The notes under the pieces: generated by a model
The model's input: only the letters and a program-made list of their open reading frames with translations
Databases searched by the model: none
What the model was told of the DNA's origin: nothing
Program-made: the position numbers and the translations under genes
NCBI GenBank assembly: GCA_046757025.1
Contig: JBHHXN010000002.1
Location: 53,000 to 116,999, forward strand
Length of the DNA: 64,000 nt
Direction: 5' to 3'
From: a bacterium
GTDB lineage: Bacteria; Zhuqueibacterota; Zhuqueibacteria; Oceanimicrobiales; Oceanimicrobiaceae
In this document: one piece after another, positions 61,773-64,000 of the stretch
Layout: the number at the start of each line of letters is the position of its first letter
Numbering within the stretch: the stretch's first letter is position 1

Positions 61773-62897
61773 ATGGAGAGCTTAGGATTAAACAACGATG
61801 TTTTGGTCGGGGATCGTAAATTTCATGTGCAGACCAATTATTCTGAATCGGAGAAAATAATTATCTCGAATGTATTCAATGAAGGCCAGGTAATCGAGTC
61901 CAGGGAAATTTACTCCGGCGATGGCACTTCCGAACAGGAAATTGAAAATAAGATGAACGAACTTCATCAGGAATTAATTACTGAAATGGAAGTTCTGTAT
62001 TACATTTATGAAAAAGTAAAAACGGTTCGGCACGCAAATTCATCCAACAAATTGGGGCTATTATTTTTAAGAAAAAATTTGTTAGACGAGGCCGTTGAGC
62101 AATTCAATCTGGCTTTGGAAATCGATCCAAATTTTTCAGAAGTGTATGCAAATTTAGGCAAGGCACTGATTATTTACGAATCACTGGACGAGGCTGTGAA
62201 TGTTCTTTGCAAAGGCGCCGATCAAGCCCCCAATTTTGCTGACATGCAAAATTATTTAGGAATCGCGTATTTGTATAAAGAGAAATTTTCGGAGGCCGTT
62301 GTGCATCTGCAAAAAGCCATCGAGTTAAATCGGAATTATATTGGGGCACACTATCATTTGGGGATGGCTATTCTGGCACAGGCCGCGGGTTCGGAAACCG
62401 AGGACGGAGTTGTGGACGCCGCGACCGAACAAACCGCTCTTGAGCATCTGACCATTGCCGCTGAGAAGATGATAGATCGGCACATTCCCAATTTTCAGAA
62501 GGTTATGAATCTTGTCAATCAAAAGTCATTCAAAGAAGCGATTGATGAATTTCTGTTGATCAGACCGCGCGACATATTAACCCATGTTTCTAACATTGAA
62601 AACGAGTTTTATTTGAAATTCATGTACGGCGGCAAAGGGAAGGATGATAGTTACATAACTGAATACGTTGAGAAGTTGCGGGAAATTATCGAACAAAATC
62701 CCAACTATGCGGACGCCCGTAACAATCTCGGCGTGGCCTATTTAATTCAATGTCGAAACCTGTTTTTAAAAGCGCTGGAGGAATTTAGAAAAGCCCTTAA
62801 AATAAATCAAAATTACAAGAAAGCAGATAAAAACCTGAAATTAGCGGAAAACGACGGCAAAGGATTTTTGATTCTTTTGCGGGCGATTCTCAAATAA
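61773..62897 (+). CDS. Cytoplasmic TPR protein with an uncharacterised N-terminal domain
   Basis: N-terminal GLNNDV..GDRKFHVQT; TPRs (PNFSEVYANLG, PNFADMQNYLG, PNYADARNNLG). Confidence 0.82.
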   Translation: MESLGLNNDVLVGDRKFHVQTNYSESEKIIISNVFNEGQVIESREIYSGDGTSEQEIENKMNELHQELITEMEVLYYIYEKVKTVRHANSSNKLGLLFLRKNLLDEAVEQFNLALEIDPNFSEVYANLGKALIIYESLDEAVNVLCKGADQAPNFADMQNYLGIAYLYKEKFSEAVVHLQKAIELNRNYIGAHYHLGMAILAQAAGSETEDGVVDAATEQTALEHLTIAAEKMIDRHIPNFQKVMNLVNQKSFKEAIDEFLLIRPRDILTHVSNIENEFYLKFMYGGKGKDDSYITEYVEKLREIIEQNPNYADARNNLGVAYLIQCRNLFLKALEEFRKALKINQNYKKADKNLKLAENDGKGFLILLRAILK

Positions 62898-62944
62898 ATT
62901 GAAACTGCAATCAGCACCAACTTAAAAAAATAATAATGATTTAG

Positions 62945-62960
62945 TGGTATAAAGTTTGCA
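62945..62960 (+). promoter_or_regulatory. Putative sigma-54 promoter for the downstream repeat protein
   Basis: TGGTATAAAGTTTGCA, exact GG-N10-GC spacing, 125 nt upstream of ATG 63086. Confidence 0.55.
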
Positions 62961-63085
62961 TTTTGATAAAATCCTTTTTAAATTAATCGTAATTTTTGTA
63001 AGAGTGTTCCGTTTTGAAACAATCTTGTTTTATTAAACAGGAGTAGTTTCGAATAATAAGTTGAAGGGAAGCGATTTCTTTTTAT

Positions 63086-64000
63086 ATGAAAGTTTCACCA
63101 CAAAAAAAATTTTTACTCATATCAATCATTTCTTTTTCATTCGTAGTTGTTGGATCAAGAACGCTTGGTGCAGGTTCAATTACAAACGCGGATTTTACGG
63201 CCGGAGCCACATCAAATTATACATTTAATTTCTCTTTAGCAGCTACAGACACTTTATTTCCAAGCGACAGCTTACTAATAATTTTTCCGGCAAGTTCTGG
63301 CTTTAATATTACAGGTGTAAACTCTGTATCTTCTACTACAATTGATGGATCTTTCACAGTTTCGGTTTCCAATGATACCATCACCATTAACAGAACGGTG
63401 GGCGGAGATACGGTAACCGTTTCAAATCCGGAAATTACATTTGGCATTGTCACCAATTCACAGACAAAGGGAAATTACACAATCAATCTCGTCGGGCCGA
63501 GAGGAATTTCAGATAATGCAGAAGTAACCATTTCAGCCGGTCCGATAGCGAGTTTCACATTGAGTGATCCGGGTGCGCAGACAGCAGGCGTGGGTTTTAG
63601 TCTTTCGGTTTCTGATGCACGTGATAGTTTTAATAACTTGGCCTCCGGTACGGTGACGGTGAGTTTTCAGGATGGGGGTACGCATCTGGCTCCGGATAGC
63701 ACACCGCCGACGTTGAATGCGATCACAGTGACAGGAGGCAGCGGCAGCGCGACGCAGACGTTGGTGTTGGCCGAGAGCGGGGTGATCTTGCGTGGAACGA
63801 GTGGTTCGGTAACGGATGACACGGCACCTTTTACGGTGAGTGCGTCGTCGATAGCGAGTTTTACGTTGAGCGATCCGGGTGCACAGACGGCGGGGGTGGG
63901 TTTCAGTTTGTCGGTTTCGAATGCGCAGGATAGTTTTCAGAATTCGGCCTCCGGTACGGTGACGGTGAGTTTTCAGGATGGGGGTACGCATCTGGCTCCG
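63086..64000 (+). CDS. 5' part of a large secreted protein with tandem ~102-aa Ig-like repeats (adhesin/surface-protein-like); truncated by window end, absent from ORF track
   Basis: Open frame MKVSPQKKFLLISIISFSFVVVGSRTLGAG... with no stop to 64000; S/T/G/V-rich; IASFTLSDPGAQTAGVGFSLSVS...SGTVTVSFQDGGTHLAP recurs. Confidence 0.85.
   Translation, partial: MKVSPQKKFLLISIISFSFVVVGSRTLGAGSITNADFTAGATSNYTFNFSLAATDTLFPSDSLLIIFPASSGFNITGVNSVSSTTIDGSFTVSVSNDTITINRTVGGDTVTVSNPEITFGIVTNSQTKGNYTINLVGPRGISDNAEVTISAGPIASFTLSDPGAQTAGVGFSLSVSDARDSFNNLASGTVTVSFQDGGTHLAPDSTPPTLNAITVTGGSGSATQTLVLAESGVILRGTSGSVTDDTAPFTVSASSIASFTLSDPGAQTAGVGFSLSVSNAQDSFQNSASGTVTVSFQDGGTHLAP
63543..64000 (+). repeat. Intragenic tandem repeat, 306-bp period
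   Basis: CGATAGCGAGTTT at 63543 and 63849; 55-bp exact duplicate 63640-63694 = 63946-64000. Confidence 0.9.

Noticed and set aside
63005..63021. TGTTCCGTTTTGAAACA as a third parS
   Set aside because: 17 bp with a GTTTT core instead of the 16-bp ACGT-core consensus; kept only as a possible regulator site.
63533..63991. 152-aa Arg-rich minus-strand ORF
   Set aside because: Antisense shadow of the plus-strand repeat protein starting at 63086.

Overview
This is the replication-origin region of a diderm bacterium. Gene content and protein style suggest the FCB group, e.g. KSB1/Calditrichota-like (inference only). The left arm is mostly on the minus strand (dnaA-oriC-dnaN-recF-dciA-gyrB-gyrA-hypothetical-bioY-glmU-like). 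The right arm is on the plus strand (rpmH-rnpA-yidD-yidC-mnmE-mnmG-rsmG-mfd-PPIases-envelope DUF cluster-yjbQ-thiL-lutC/lutB-pdxA-ftsEX-hrcA-grpE-dnaJ-comEA-pilin/PilM/PilNO-like-rsmD-coaD-pta). Non-coding signals read directly from the sequence: a TPP riboswitch with attenuator before thiC; a bipartite origin with a Bacillus-like basal unwinding element (tandem DnaA boxes plus DnaA-trios) next to dnaN; two perfect parS sites; two sigma-54 promoters, one with tandem enhancer palindromes; and two or three related small inverted-repeat (MITE/REP-like) elements. Two genes absent from the ORF track were recovered: rpmH, and a tandem-repeat surface protein starting at 63086 that runs off the window. 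The best candidate for an undescribed system is a compact four-gene type-IV-filament/DNA-uptake-like module coupled to hrcA-grpE-dnaJ: ComEA, a large non-canonical pilin, a PilM with degenerate ATP motifs, and a fused PilN-PilO. No tRNA, rRNA, CRISPR array or transposase was seen.
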